From: Deinococcota bacterium
GTDB taxonomy: Bacteria; Deinococcota; Deinococci; Deinococcales; Thermaceae
Direction of reading: 5' to 3'
Assembly: GCA_041695225.1 (NCBI GenBank)
Contig: JBGFRI010000014.1
Location: 96,001 to 160,000 of the forward strand
DNA: 64,000 bases
A model generated the notes under the pieces. The model was not told where the DNA came from. It saw only the letters and a program-made list of their open reading frames with translations, and searched no databases. Below, piece after piece: positions 47,916 through 57,923 of this stretch. How positions within the stretch are numbered: position 1 is the stretch's first letter; each line of letters opens with the position of its first letter. Made by a program: the position numbers and the translations under genes.

Positions 47916-49514
47916 TCAGGCCTGGGGGGTAGTGGTGGGAGTTTTTTCGTCGGCGGTGTTGTGCAGGTGAGCCCGCTCGATCAGGCCTTTCTCCCAGCCC
48001 AGGTAGTACTGCTTGACCGAGTCCGAGGCAGTGTCCTCGGTGAGGTACTTCACATTGGAATATAGCGAGGCCCGGTAGTCGCGCACCTTGCCACCCCGCA
48101 GGGCCTCAATCACCTGCTGGATGCCCTTTTCTACCGTCCACTGCGGCACAAAACCCAGCATGTTGCGAATCTTGGAGAAGTCGACGCGGTAGTTCCGGCG
48201 GTCGCCGTCGCGGCCAGAGTCAATCAGCTCGGCATCGGGAACCAGTTTCTTGACCAGCTCACCCACCATGCCCAGGGTCATGTTGCCCTCGTTGCCCCCA
48301 ACATTGAAGGTCTGGTTGTGAACAAGCTCCTTGGGCGCCTCGGTAGCCAGCATTACCGCCAGCGAGGCATCGTCCACGTGGACAAAAGGCCGCCACTGGT
48401 CGCCGCCAAACACGGTGATCTTTTTCTCCACAATGGCCTTGGCAGTGAGCAGGTTGACCACCAGGTCGAAGCGGGTCCGGCCCGAGAGGCCGAAGATGGT
48501 GCCAAAGCGCAGGATTACCACCGAGAAATCGTCGCTCTGGAGCTTGTTCAGCACCTGCTCGGAGGCAATTTTGCTGCGGGCGTAGAGCGAGACCGGGTTA
48601 AGGCTGCTACGCTCGTTGAGCACCATATCGCTGGCCCCATAGACCGAGCAGGTACTGGCAAAAATAAAGCGCTTGACGTGCATACCCTTGGCAATCTCGG
48701 CGATGGTGCGGGTAGCCACTAGGTTGATCTCGGTGGTGAGGTTTTCGTCCAGCGCGCAGGCCGGGTCACCCACCAGGCCGCCCAAATGTACCACCGTGTC
48801 CACCCCGCGCATGGCCTCCACCACTTTGTCTACCTGGCGAAAGTCGGCCTGGATGATCTCTAAATTGGGGTGGTGTATAACGTGGGCAATGGGCTCCTTG
48901 CCGAACATCAGCAGGTCGAGCAGGCGCACCGTATAGCCACGCTCGAGCAGACGGGGCAGCAGACCCGAGCCGATATAGCCCGCCCCGCCAATCACCAGGA
49001 TGATGCGGTGGTTGGTGCGCAGGTAGGGGGCGGGCCTGTCTTTGCTCTCGGCTTTGGCCTTGCGCTCGAGCTCAACAAGAGACCAGTAGTGAACCCAGGC
49101 GCGGGCGCCCAGGGTAAGGGCCAGGGTGAAGAGGAAGCCCAAAAACACCACCAGGCTGGGTGGGTTGGTCGCGACCGGAAGCATGAAAACGGTAAAGCCA
49201 TATAACAGATAAGCCAGGGCCACCGCCTGGGCCACTACCAGCATCTTATAGCGGCCCCGGTATGCCCGGCCACTGGTATAAAAGCCGCTGGCGGCAAAAG
49301 TGGCAAAGCTAATCAGCAGCAGAATCCAGATATTCTCAGCGTACATTTGCGCATACAGGCCCAACAGGTTAGGGCTGGCCACCGCCCCGTTGTAGGCCAG
49401 AAGCAAATGAACCACCACTGCCGCAGCGAAGCTTCCCGCTGTCATCAACTGGTCGGCCAGCACCCGCAGCACTACATCGGGGCTAAAGCGCAATTCTCTT
49501 AGGTGCTGAATCAT
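47916..49514 (-). CDS. NAD-dependent sugar epimerase/dehydratase with an N-terminal multi-TM extension
   Basis: About 4 TM helices, then GGAGYIGS, ASTCSVYG, YARSK and RPFVHVDD. Confidence 0.88.
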   Translation of the reverse strand: MIQHLRELRFSPDVVLRVLADQLMTAGSFAAAVVVHLLLAYNGAVASPNLLGLYAQMYAENIWILLLISFATFAASGFYTSGRAYRGRYKMLVVAQAVALAYLLYGFTVFMLPVATNPPSLVVFLGFLFTLALTLGARAWVHYWSLVELERKAKAESKDRPAPYLRTNHRIILVIGGAGYIGSGLLPRLLERGYTVRLLDLLMFGKEPIAHVIHHPNLEIIQADFRQVDKVVEAMRGVDTVVHLGGLVGDPACALDENLTTEINLVATRTIAEIAKGMHVKRFIFASTCSVYGASDMVLNERSSLNPVSLYARSKIASEQVLNKLQSDDFSVVILRFGTIFGLSGRTRFDLVVNLLTAKAIVEKKITVFGGDQWRPFVHVDDASLAVMLATEAPKELVHNQTFNVGGNEGNMTLGMVGELVKKLVPDAELIDSGRDGDRRNYRVDFSKIRNMLGFVPQWTVEKGIQQVIEALRGGKVRDYRASLYSNVKYLTEDTASDSVKQYYLGWEKGLIERAHLHNTADEKTPTTTPQA

Positions 49515-49534
49515 CCCGACTCCTCTGGCGCGCC

Positions 49535-50725
49535 TTAGCGCGAAGCCTCTTGCATCACCTGCTCGACCACATCTCCAGCGGCTTTTAGCTGCTCCATTCG
49601 CAGGGTGGGATGCACCAAAAACATCAGCGAGGTCTCACCCAGTTCCTGGGCTACCGGCAGGCGCTCAGCAGGCTGCCAACCCCGGCGGATAAAAGCCTGC
49701 TCGAGGTAGATCTCACTACAACTTCCGCTAAAGCAGGGAATACCCGCGTCGCTTACCGCCTGCATAATGCGATCCCGGCTCCAACCCGGCCTGAGCAGTT
49801 CGGGGCGCAGGTAGAGGTAGTATTTGTAATAGGCGTGGTACAGGTGAGAGGGTACTTCGGGCACCCGCAAGGCCGGAATCTGGCCCAGGCGCTCGCTCAG
49901 GTAGTGGGCATGCAGGCGCCGCTTGTGTATCCAGCCGTCCAGCTTGGGCAGAATCACCCGCCCAATGGCCGACTGCACTTCCAGCATTCGCCAGTTAGTG
50001 CCGAAATCTTCGTGTAGCCAGCGGAAGCCCGGAGGGTGCTGGCGGTTGTAGACCGCATCGTAGCTCTTGCCATGATCCTTGAAGCTCCAGGCCTTGCTCC
50101 ACAGCTCGTCGTCGTTCAGGGTTAGCATTCCACCCTCGCCGCCAGTGGTCAGGATCTTGTCCTGGCAAAAAGACCAGGCCCCGGCGTGGCCGATAGAGCC
50201 TACACTCCTGCCCTTGTACCTTGCGCCGTGAGCCTGGGCGCAGTCTTCAATAACCCACAGGTTGTGCTTGCGGGCCAGCTCCATAATGGGGTCCATCTCG
50301 GCAGGCCAGCCTGCCAGGTGCACCACGATAATGGCCCTGGTGCGGGGAGTAATGGCTTTCTCTATGGTGCTGGCGGTTATCAGGCCGCTCTCGCGGTCCA
50401 CCTCGGCCATAATGGGCCTGGCCCCACGCATCACGGCCGCGCTGGCCGAGGCAATGAAGGTACGCGGGGTGGTGATTACTTCGTCGCCATCCCCAACCCC
50501 CATGGCATACAGCGCGAGTTCGATGGCTACCGTGCCGTTGTGCAGGGCGATGGCATGTTTAGTCCCCACGTATTGGGCAAATTCACGCTCGAAAAGACGG
50601 CCTTCCTGGCCGGTCCAGTAATTCACCTTGCCGGATTGAAGCACCCTCACCGCGGCTTCAATCTCGTCGGGCTCAAAGTGGGGCCACGGAGCAAAGGGCG
50701 TGTTAATAACGGGATTTTTCAACAT
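49535..50725 (-). CDS. DegT-family sugar aminotransferase
   Basis: NGTVAIELAL, VHLAGWP, EDCAQAHG, SFCQDKILTTGGEGG. Confidence 0.92.
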   Translation of the reverse strand: MLKNPVINTPFAPWPHFEPDEIEAAVRVLQSGKVNYWTGQEGRLFEREFAQYVGTKHAIALHNGTVAIELALYAMGVGDGDEVITTPRTFIASASAAVMRGARPIMAEVDRESGLITASTIEKAITPRTRAIIVVHLAGWPAEMDPIMELARKHNLWVIEDCAQAHGARYKGRSVGSIGHAGAWSFCQDKILTTGGEGGMLTLNDDELWSKAWSFKDHGKSYDAVYNRQHPPGFRWLHEDFGTNWRMLEVQSAIGRVILPKLDGWIHKRRLHAHYLSERLGQIPALRVPEVPSHLYHAYYKYYLYLRPELLRPGWSRDRIMQAVSDAGIPCFSGSCSEIYLEQAFIRRGWQPAERLPVAQELGETSLMFLVHPTLRMEQLKAAGDVVEQVMQEASR

Positions 50726-51194
50726 CAGAGCGCTCCTTCATAAATCGGAGACATTCATCTCCAGGGCTATGCTAGAAAGGGTAGACGAACAGGCGTTATG
50801 ACTGCGTTATTCGCCAGAAAGAGCGATGCCCAGCCGCTTTGTCGTCTTCGTTACGCATGCTTGTGAAGCTTTTTCACGCCGCAACCCAGTGGTAACGTGC
50901 TCAATAACGAGGCTCGAGTTGCGAACAACACCAATGAGCCCTGGGGAATCTCCTCGATCTTCCGTTCCGCAGGGGCAGGTATTCATTTCAGGGTGTGGGG
51001 ACCGTTGTTTTTAAACCACTTGTAGACTTGCGTTACAGACTAACCGGTTATCTATCCCCTACCTGGAAAAGGTTTGACTTTTCGGCAGGCTGGTGCGGGC
51101 GAACATACCGCCAGGCCGGAGTCACATCTCTGCGCGGCATTTGCAGCAAGATCGGCACAAAGGCAACGACAACGCTATGGTGATGAACCTGGTC

Positions 51195-52139
51195 TTAGAG
51201 TGAACCCAGCCGATAAGCCGACCAGAACAAGAACACTGTTAGCAAGAGCATCAAAGCGACGCCAACCCACAAAACCCCGTTGCTCGCGATCAGGCCCACC
51301 GTGACCAGAACGGCAGTAACCACCCAGACCACCAGGACAGTCTTGGCGGGGTTGCGCACATAGAGCTGATCCAGCCGGTCGTAGGTATGGTCGCGGTCGC
51401 CGTCGAAAATAGGCTTGCCGCGTCGCCAGCGGCGGATGATGCCTGCGGCCATGTCGTAAATCGGGAAGCTGACCATAAACCCTGCTGCCAGGAAGGCAGT
51501 CGGGCCATGGGTTGCCGCCAGCATGAGCAACATGGCAAGCATATAGCCAACAGACAGACTGCCACAGTCGCCCATGAAGGTTCTGGCCCTGGGATAATTC
51601 CACACCAGAAAACCTGCCAGACTACCCACCACAACCATAGCCAGTATGGCCTCTTGCTGTACTGCCCAGAACATCGCCCCCAGGCCCGCTGCCGAGATCA
51701 AGGCATTGCCTGAAGCCAGGCCATTCATACCGTCAATAAGGTTGATGGCGTTGGACATGACTGGTACCAGCACAAGCCCCAGCACCAGGCCAACCACTCC
51801 CAGTTCGGTAAAAAAGTGTACTCCCAGGGCCATACCGGCCACCAACTCGGCTGCCAGCCGCACCCTTGGCGAGAGGCCGTACCGGTCATCGAGTGCGCCG
51901 GTAGTGGCAATAATCAGCAGACCCAGCCAGGCCCAGCCAGACAGGGCGCCGGTGTACCAGCCCCATATGGCGATGGTTGCAACAATGCCAATCCCACCAA
52001 AGCGCGGCACTGGTAAGGTATGAATCTTGATCGCACCAGGCCAGTCTACAAGGCCCAGCGCCCTGGCCAGTGGGATGGACAACCCCACCAGCAGTACGGC
52101 TGTGAAAAATGTGAAAAGCAACCACCAACAGTCCAACAC
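51195..52139 (-). CDS. MraY/WecA-family undecaprenyl-phosphate HexNAc-1-P transferase
   Basis: KIH..PVPRFGG, GALDD, NAINLIDGMNGL, WNYPRARTFMGDCGS, DRDH. Confidence 0.9.
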   Translation of the reverse strand: MLDCWWLLFTFFTAVLLVGLSIPLARALGLVDWPGAIKIHTLPVPRFGGIGIVATIAIWGWYTGALSGWAWLGLLIIATTGALDDRYGLSPRVRLAAELVAGMALGVHFFTELGVVGLVLGLVLVPVMSNAINLIDGMNGLASGNALISAAGLGAMFWAVQQEAILAMVVVGSLAGFLVWNYPRARTFMGDCGSLSVGYMLAMLLMLAATHGPTAFLAAGFMVSFPIYDMAAGIIRRWRRGKPIFDGDRDHTYDRLDQLYVRNPAKTVLVVWVVTAVLVTVGLIASNGVLWVGVALMLLLTVFLFWSAYRLGSL

Positions 52140-52149
52140 ACGTCCTCCC

Positions 52150-53307
52150 CTAAGCAGAATTTGGCGCCATCAGCCTTTGACCCAGTGCCCGGGCATAGAG
52201 CTCCTGGTGCAGGCCCAGAAGGTTCCGCAGGTCATAGGCTTTGACCCGCTCTGACCCCAGGCGGCCCATTTCCTGGCTGGGCTGGGGGTTATCTAACACC
52301 CAGCGCATGGCCCTGGCCAGAGCATCCACGTCTCTTACCCGGTGGAGCAGGCCGGCCCCACCTTGCAGCAGCTCGCGGACTCCCCGCACATCCGCTCCAA
52401 TTACCGGAACCCCCAGGCAGAACGACTCCATAACCGCCCTGGGGAGACCTTCCTGCTCGGAGGGAAGTAAGGTAGCCAGCGAACCCTGGATTAGGGTGGG
52501 AATGTCGTTACGGAAGCCCAGAAAGTGTACCCGGGGGGCAATGCCGAGTTTTTCAGCCAGGGCCTGCATCTCTTGCAGCAACACGCCCTGGCCGGCCAGT
52601 ACCAGATGGGCAGGGGTATCGCTCAGCCGGGCAAAGGCCAGCAAGGCATCGCGGTGGCGCTTGCGAGGGATGAACTCGGCAATCATCAGGAAGTAGGGCT
52701 GCTCTGGGCCCAGCCCCAGGTATCCCCGAAGCTGGGCTACCTGCTCAGCGGTAACCCGGCGCCTGGAGTAAAAGTCCAGGTCTACCCCAATTCCCGGCAT
52801 GTAGACCGTGCGCCCTGGCCCCACCAGCCGGTGGGCAGCCCGGCGGTCCGACTCGTTCATAACCACCAGGTAGTCGGTGTAGCGCGCAGCCAGCCACTCC
52901 AGACCATAGAACAGCGCGTTTTTCACGGGGTGGCCGTGGGGGTGAAAGTGAAAACCGTGGGCGGTGTAGACCAGTCTGCCCCGGCCCAGAGCCTGCCAGG
53001 AACGCAAGGCCAGCCGCGTTGCAAAGGCTGCTACCGGGGTGTGGACGTGTACGATATCGTAGTCTTCTTGCTCGACCAACTTGCGCAGCTCGCGCATTCC
53101 CTGCCACAGTTTGCGCGGGTCCTTAGCGTTGCGCGAGAAGCCTACCTCGAAGAGCCGGTCAAAGACTGCCCTGGACTGCTCGCACTCCGTCGCTCCGGCA
53201 GCGGCGCCGTCAACCTGCCAGCCCAGCGAACGAAAGTGCCGGGCATAGGGCAGCAGAAACTCGGTGAAAAATAAAGAGGTGGTTGCAACGATAAGCAGCT
53301 TGGACAT
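52150..53307 (-). CDS. GT4 glycosyltransferase
   Basis: HVHTP, YTAHGFHF, PGIGVD, PSEQEGLPRAVMES. Confidence 0.92.
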   Translation of the reverse strand: MSKLLIVATTSLFFTEFLLPYARHFRSLGWQVDGAAAGATECEQSRAVFDRLFEVGFSRNAKDPRKLWQGMRELRKLVEQEDYDIVHVHTPVAAFATRLALRSWQALGRGRLVYTAHGFHFHPHGHPVKNALFYGLEWLAARYTDYLVVMNESDRRAAHRLVGPGRTVYMPGIGVDLDFYSRRRVTAEQVAQLRGYLGLGPEQPYFLMIAEFIPRKRHRDALLAFARLSDTPAHLVLAGQGVLLQEMQALAEKLGIAPRVHFLGFRNDIPTLIQGSLATLLPSEQEGLPRAVMESFCLGVPVIGADVRGVRELLQGGAGLLHRVRDVDALARAMRWVLDNPQPSQEMGRLGSERVKAYDLRNLLGLHQELYARALGQRLMAPNSA

Positions 53308-54446
53308 CAGTCTCCTCCGGCTGTGCGCCCGGTCTTTTGTTGCAGCAAGCGCACATACACTTCTTCCCAGTCTTGTATCACCCGCGTCAGGTCGTGCTTT
53401 GCCACAACCAGAGCACGGCCCGCCATTCCCATATTTTTGCGCTCCTGCTCTGAGGTTTGCGTCACCAGTTGCATGGCTCTGGCCAGCCGGCCGCTATCCT
53501 GCGGGGGCACCAGCCAGCCGCTACACCCTTCATGCACCACCTCGCGGTTGCCGCCCACATCGGTGGCCAGTATCGGCAGCCCCACCGCAGCGGCCTCGAG
53601 CAGCACCATCGGCATCCCCTCCCAGGCCGAGGACATCACATAAGCATCGGCAGCGTTCATCAAGGCAGGGACGTCTTTTCTAGCACCCAGAAACTGCACC
53701 CGCTCCGCCAGACCCAGGCTATGGGCCAGCTGACGCATGGGCTCCAGCAGCTCTCCCTGGCCCACCAGCCAGAGCCGGGCCTGGGGATTGGACTGGGTGA
53801 CCTCGGCAAAGGCCCGCAGCAGACTGGGATAGTCTTTTGCCTGGGTAAAGCGGCCCACCGCCAGCCAGACAAAGCTCTCCTGCGCCCCCATCGCTTGGCG
53901 CAGGGCGACCCTGGCCTCGGCATCAGGCTTAAAGCGGGCGGTATCTACCCCGTTGGCCATGAAGATGCCCCGGCCTGGGGCAATCGCCCCGACCTCGAGG
54001 TAGCGGCGAAGACCAGCCTGGCTGACCTGGGTGGTCAGGTCGCACAGGGGGTCGGTCAGGCGGTAGGCGGTCTCGCGCCAGCGGCCCCCTTCCCGGATGT
54101 TGTGCGCCGTGCAGACCAGCACCGGAACCTGAGCCAGGGGGCGCGCCAGGCGGGCCAGCAGGTTAGCGTGCACCATGTGGGAGTGGACCAGGCTGGGTCT
54201 GAAGCTGCGGATAATCTGTACCAGGCGCAAGAAGGCCCGCAGGCTGGGCCGGCCCGGCTGCATTTGCAGCGAGTCCACCGGAACCCCGGCGCTTTGCAGG
54301 TCCTGGGCTCTGGGGCCCAAAGGGGTCATGCAGACCACCCGTACCTGCCAGCCAGCCCGGGCAAAACCCAAAGCCAGGGCTACCAGCTGAGCCTCGGCCC
54401 CACCGTAGATGAGCGAGGTAATCACGAAGAGCAGGCGACGGTTCAT
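53307..54446 (-). CDS. GT4 glycosyltransferase
   Basis: GGAE, HSHMVHAN, NGVD, SSAWEGMPMVLLEA; the likely start is ATG 54446 (MNRRLLFVI). Confidence 0.92.
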   Translation of the reverse strand: MNRRLLFVITSLIYGGAEAQLVALALGFARAGWQVRVVCMTPLGPRAQDLQSAGVPVDSLQMQPGRPSLRAFLRLVQIIRSFRPSLVHSHMVHANLLARLARPLAQVPVLVCTAHNIREGGRWRETAYRLTDPLCDLTTQVSQAGLRRYLEVGAIAPGRGIFMANGVDTARFKPDAEARVALRQAMGAQESFVWLAVGRFTQAKDYPSLLRAFAEVTQSNPQARLWLVGQGELLEPMRQLAHSLGLAERVQFLGARKDVPALMNAADAYVMSSAWEGMPMVLLEAAAVGLPILATDVGGNREVVHEGCSGWLVPPQDSGRLARAMQLVTQTSEQERKNMGMAGRALVVAKHDLTRVIQDWEEVYVRLLQQKTGRTAGGD

Positions 54447-55633
54447 GTCTGCGCCCTCGGTGAACTCACCCTGAAGCCGCCCAGAACCCCCGCATGCCAC
54501 AAGACCGCGTGGTGCGCCAGGATGATGCCCAGAATGAACCAGGTCTGTTTGCGCCACTCCCAGTTCTGGGCCATACCCGCTAGCAGCAGAATCAGAAAAG
54601 CGCAGGCCCACAACATTCGCTCGAGGCCCGGCATGGGTGCAAGGTAAATGGCCACGCCCAGCAGCACCAAAAGCAACAGCGCTAGCCCCACTACCCCCAT
54701 CTCGGCGGCAACACCGACAAACAGGTTGTGTGGCGCCACCCACTCCCTGAACCAGGGGTGGGACTCTAGCGAGACTCCAAAGGTTCCGGCCCCGGTTCCC
54801 AGAAACGGGTGGTCGGCGAAGACCTGCAAGCCTGCGCCCCAGATATTGGTGCGGTCGTTGAGGGTGCCCAGATGCACCTCTTCCGCCAGGGTTGCCAGCC
54901 GGGAGATACTCTCGGGGGGAACCAGCGCCGGTAAAAAAACGATGGCTAGTGCAGCAAACACCCCTGCCAGACCCTTGAGCCGCCAGGAGGCCCTGGGCAG
55001 GGTCAGGATCACGAAGAGCAGGCCCACCACCACCCCCAGCAGCCCGGCTCGAGCCGCGGTGAGCAGCACCACTCCCAGCGCCACCACCGGGTATAGACGG
55101 TAAAGCCAGACCAGACGGCTGCCTTCCTCCCGCAGGGCCAGATACCAGGCCAGAGGAATGCCCAGGGCCAGCACAAAGGAAAGGTCGCCCGGGTCGAAGT
55201 TGGCCGCAGCATAGCGCTGGTAGACCACCTCACTACCCTGAAGAAAATGGTAAACAGTGTTGCCCGCGGCCACATAAGCACCCAGCACATAGGCCGACAG
55301 AATCCGCCGTACTCCCCGATCATCCCGGAGCACGGCAAACAGGGCCCAGAAAAAAATCCACAGCAGGCCGTATTGCAGGACGCGCTCGAGGGTATCCGGC
55401 GGGTAGATGCTCCAGAAGTAGCTGAGCACCGCCAGCAGCACAAAGGCCAGGGCTCCCAGGTGTACCCAGTGCAACCGCAACCTCCCCGAGGCCAGCACAT
55501 ATCCCAGCGTGACCGTCGCCATCAGGATACCAACATACCGGCTCAGGGTTCCCATCCCTTCAATCAGCAGCACATTCTCCCAGGGGATGCTAAACACGTA
55601 GAGCCAGAGCACCAAAAAGGCCAGGCGCGCCAC
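54443..55633 (-). CDS. O-antigen ligase/Wzy polymerase-family membrane protein
   Basis: About 12 TM helices; LTAARAG, R..IW, PFLGTGAGTF, APHNLF..AAEMG motifs. Confidence 0.85.
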   Translation of the reverse strand: MARLAFLVLWLYVFSIPWENVLLIEGMGTLSRYVGILMATVTLGYVLASGRLRLHWVHLGALAFVLLAVLSYFWSIYPPDTLERVLQYGLLWIFFWALFAVLRDDRGVRRILSAYVLGAYVAAGNTVYHFLQGSEVVYQRYAAANFDPGDLSFVLALGIPLAWYLALREEGSRLVWLYRLYPVVALGVVLLTAARAGLLGVVVGLLFVILTLPRASWRLKGLAGVFAALAIVFLPALVPPESISRLATLAEEVHLGTLNDRTNIWGAGLQVFADHPFLGTGAGTFGVSLESHPWFREWVAPHNLFVGVAAEMGVVGLALLLLVLLGVAIYLAPMPGLERMLWACAFLILLLAGMAQNWEWRKQTWFILGIILAHHAVLWHAGVLGGFRVSSPRAQT

Positions 55634-55634
55634 C

Positions 55635-56732
55635 TCAACCCCCCCTCAGCAGTCTCAGGTACTGCCCCACCACCACACTCTGGCTGTAGTTTTCAAAGGC
55701 TTCCGGCGCTACAGGCTGCTGGGGCTCGGCAAGGCTAGCCGAGATAGCCTGGGCCAGGGCCTGCGCATCCTGCCGGGGTACCAGGCGGCCCCACCGCCCG
55801 CCCTGTAAAATTTCCCTGGGTCCGCTGGGGCAGTCGGTGGAAACCACTTTTGTTCCCAGGGCCATGGCTTCGATTAGCACTGTGGGCAGCCCCTCCCAGT
55901 CGGAAGACAGGACAAATACCGCCGCTCTTTTCATGTAGGCGTAGGGGTTTTGTACAAAACCGGGCAGGCTCACCAGACCCTCCAGGCCCAGTTGGCGAGT
56001 CAGAGCCTCGAGCGCGGCACGGTCCTCCCCCTCGCCCAGAATTAGCAGCCGGGCCGGGTGCTGGCGGCGTACCTCGGCAAAAGCCCTTACCAGATTGGCA
56101 AAGTTCTTCTGCCGGGTCAGACGGCCCACGCCCAGCAGCACCGGCGGCTGCTGGGGTTGCAGCCAGGGATGGTCCACGGGCTCGGCGGCTTTTTCAAATA
56201 GTTCGGGAACCACCACCGGGTTGTGGATTACCCAGACCTTCTGGCGGGTCCCGCTCAGGCGGGCAAAGTCGTCCACTACCCCCTGGGAGACCCCCACAAT
56301 GCCAGTAGCCCAGGGGTAAAAAAGCCTCATGGCCAGCGGGGTCAGCCGGCCCCTCAGCGAAGAAGCGTGATGGGCATCATGTGAGGGGGTATTCTGCATA
56401 CAGACCGCTACTCTTGTGCCCACCCCGGCCAGGCGGCTGGCCCACACGGCTACCACGTTGGCATGATCCAGGGCCGAGACCATCCCCACGGGCCTTTCCC
56501 GGCGCAAATACCGGGTGAGCGCCGGCAGGCTGGCAAGTACCCGGCGCGCTTTTAAGTCCACCACCCGCACCTCGGGGGGCACCATTTTCATGTAAGGGCC
56601 TTTGGCCTCCGAAAGCACCAGGTCAACCGCTACTTGATGCCGCGCCCAGCCGATGGCCAGGTTGAGCATGGAGCGCTCGGCTCCGCCGCCCAGCAAGGAG
56701 GGAAGGTAGACTGCAAATCGTTCTCTGGACAC
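55635..56732 (-). CDS. GT4 glycosyltransferase
   Basis: GGGAER, VGRLTRQKNF, SSDWEGLPTVLIEAMA, DCPSGPREIL. Confidence 0.92.
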   Translation of the reverse strand: MSRERFAVYLPSLLGGGAERSMLNLAIGWARHQVAVDLVLSEAKGPYMKMVPPEVRVVDLKARRVLASLPALTRYLRRERPVGMVSALDHANVVAVWASRLAGVGTRVAVCMQNTPSHDAHHASSLRGRLTPLAMRLFYPWATGIVGVSQGVVDDFARLSGTRQKVWVIHNPVVVPELFEKAAEPVDHPWLQPQQPPVLLGVGRLTRQKNFANLVRAFAEVRRQHPARLLILGEGEDRAALEALTRQLGLEGLVSLPGFVQNPYAYMKRAAVFVLSSDWEGLPTVLIEAMALGTKVVSTDCPSGPREILQGGRWGRLVPRQDAQALAQAISASLAEPQQPVAPEAFENYSQSVVVGQYLRLLRGG

Positions 56733-56744
56733 CTTTGGCCTCCT

Positions 56745-57923
56745 TCACTCGCTAAAGGTTCTGTGCCCAACCGGTATGGGCCGATCCAGCACTTCCTGGA
56801 AAAAGGCCGCATACCGGGCCACAGCCCACTCTGCCGAAAAACGCTCCATGCTCTTGGCCCTGGCCCTTGCGCCGAGCTGTGCTTGCAGCTCGGGGTTATG
56901 CAGCACCTGCAGCAGCCCATCGGCCAGTGCCCTGGGGTTGCCCACCTCTACCAAGAGCCCATCCACCCCAGACTCCACAAACTCCGAAGCGGTAGCAAAA
57001 CTGGTCAGGACCACCGGCTTGCCCAGGTACATGGCCTCCGATAGCACCAGTGGCGAGGCCTCGCCAGAAGCCGAAGAGAGGGCAAAAACCGTTGCCCGGG
57101 CCATATATTTGTAGGGGTTGGCTTCAATACCCGGCATCCAGACCGCATCGCCAAGGCCCAGCTCAAAAACCAGGGACTCTAACTGGGAGCGCAGAGTGCC
57201 CTCGCCCAGAATGACCAGCCGGGCCTGAGGGAGCTGGTTTAGTACCAGTCTGAAGGCCCGCAGCAGGGTGGGAAAGTCCTTCATGGTTTCCAGCCGCCCT
57301 ACTGCAAGAATCACCGAGTGCTGGCCCTGAAACCAGGGGTGGTCTATGGGCTCCCGGGACCTGGCCTCGAGGTCTTTGGTGATGGCCGGATTGTAGATGA
57401 CCCGGAACTCGGAGTCGGGGTAGACCGGCGCCGACAGGCTGGCCACCTTATGCGAGACCGCCAGGTAGGCATCGGGGTTGCGAACCAGGAGGCGAATCAG
57501 GAGGGTCTTTAATTTCCTCCGCCAGCCTGAGCCTAGGTAGCCTTGGAGCTCGTTGTGTTCAGTAAGAATCCAGCGGGGCCGCCTTGCTCTGGGCAGCAGC
57601 CTCAGGGCCAGGGCTACGGTGAGATGGACCCGGGGCCAGGCCGAAACAATCAGGTCGGGTCGGTGTTCGTTGATCACATTTATCAGGCGGCGTACCTGGG
57701 AGAAAATCGCCAGGTGCTGCATGGCCCTGCGGCCTGCGGGGGCGGGCAGTATAACGACATTGTCGGTTACTTGGGCCCGTGAAAGCAGGTCATTGGGCTC
57801 ACAGCCCTGCGCTGCCACCAGCACGTCATACTGCACAGCCAGCCCATCTGACAGGTGCTGCACTACCCGCTCGACCCCGCCATATCCCAGCACGGGAAGG
57901 TAAAAAAGAACCCGTGGCCTCAT
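56745..57923 (-). CDS. GT4 glycosyltransferase
   Basis: GGVER, AVGRLETMKDF, GEASPLVLSEAM. Confidence 0.9.
   Translation of the reverse strand: MRPRVLFYLPVLGYGGVERVVQHLSDGLAVQYDVLVAAQGCEPNDLLSRAQVTDNVVILPAPAGRRAMQHLAIFSQVRRLINVINEHRPDLIVSAWPRVHLTVALALRLLPRARRPRWILTEHNELQGYLGSGWRRKLKTLLIRLLVRNPDAYLAVSHKVASLSAPVYPDSEFRVIYNPAITKDLEARSREPIDHPWFQGQHSVILAVGRLETMKDFPTLLRAFRLVLNQLPQARLVILGEGTLRSQLESLVFELGLGDAVWMPGIEANPYKYMARATVFALSSASGEASPLVLSEAMYLGKPVVLTSFATASEFVESGVDGLLVEVGNPRALADGLLQVLHNPELQAQLGARARAKSMERFSAEWAVARYAAFFQEVLDRPIPVGHRTFSE

Noticed and set aside
50862..50878. CRP/FNR-like site TGTGA...TCAC upstream of the DegT gene
   Set aside because: Spacing is N7 rather than N6 and the second half-site is imperfect.
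53457..54647. 396-aa plus-strand ORF
   Set aside because: Antisense shadow of a GT4 gene.
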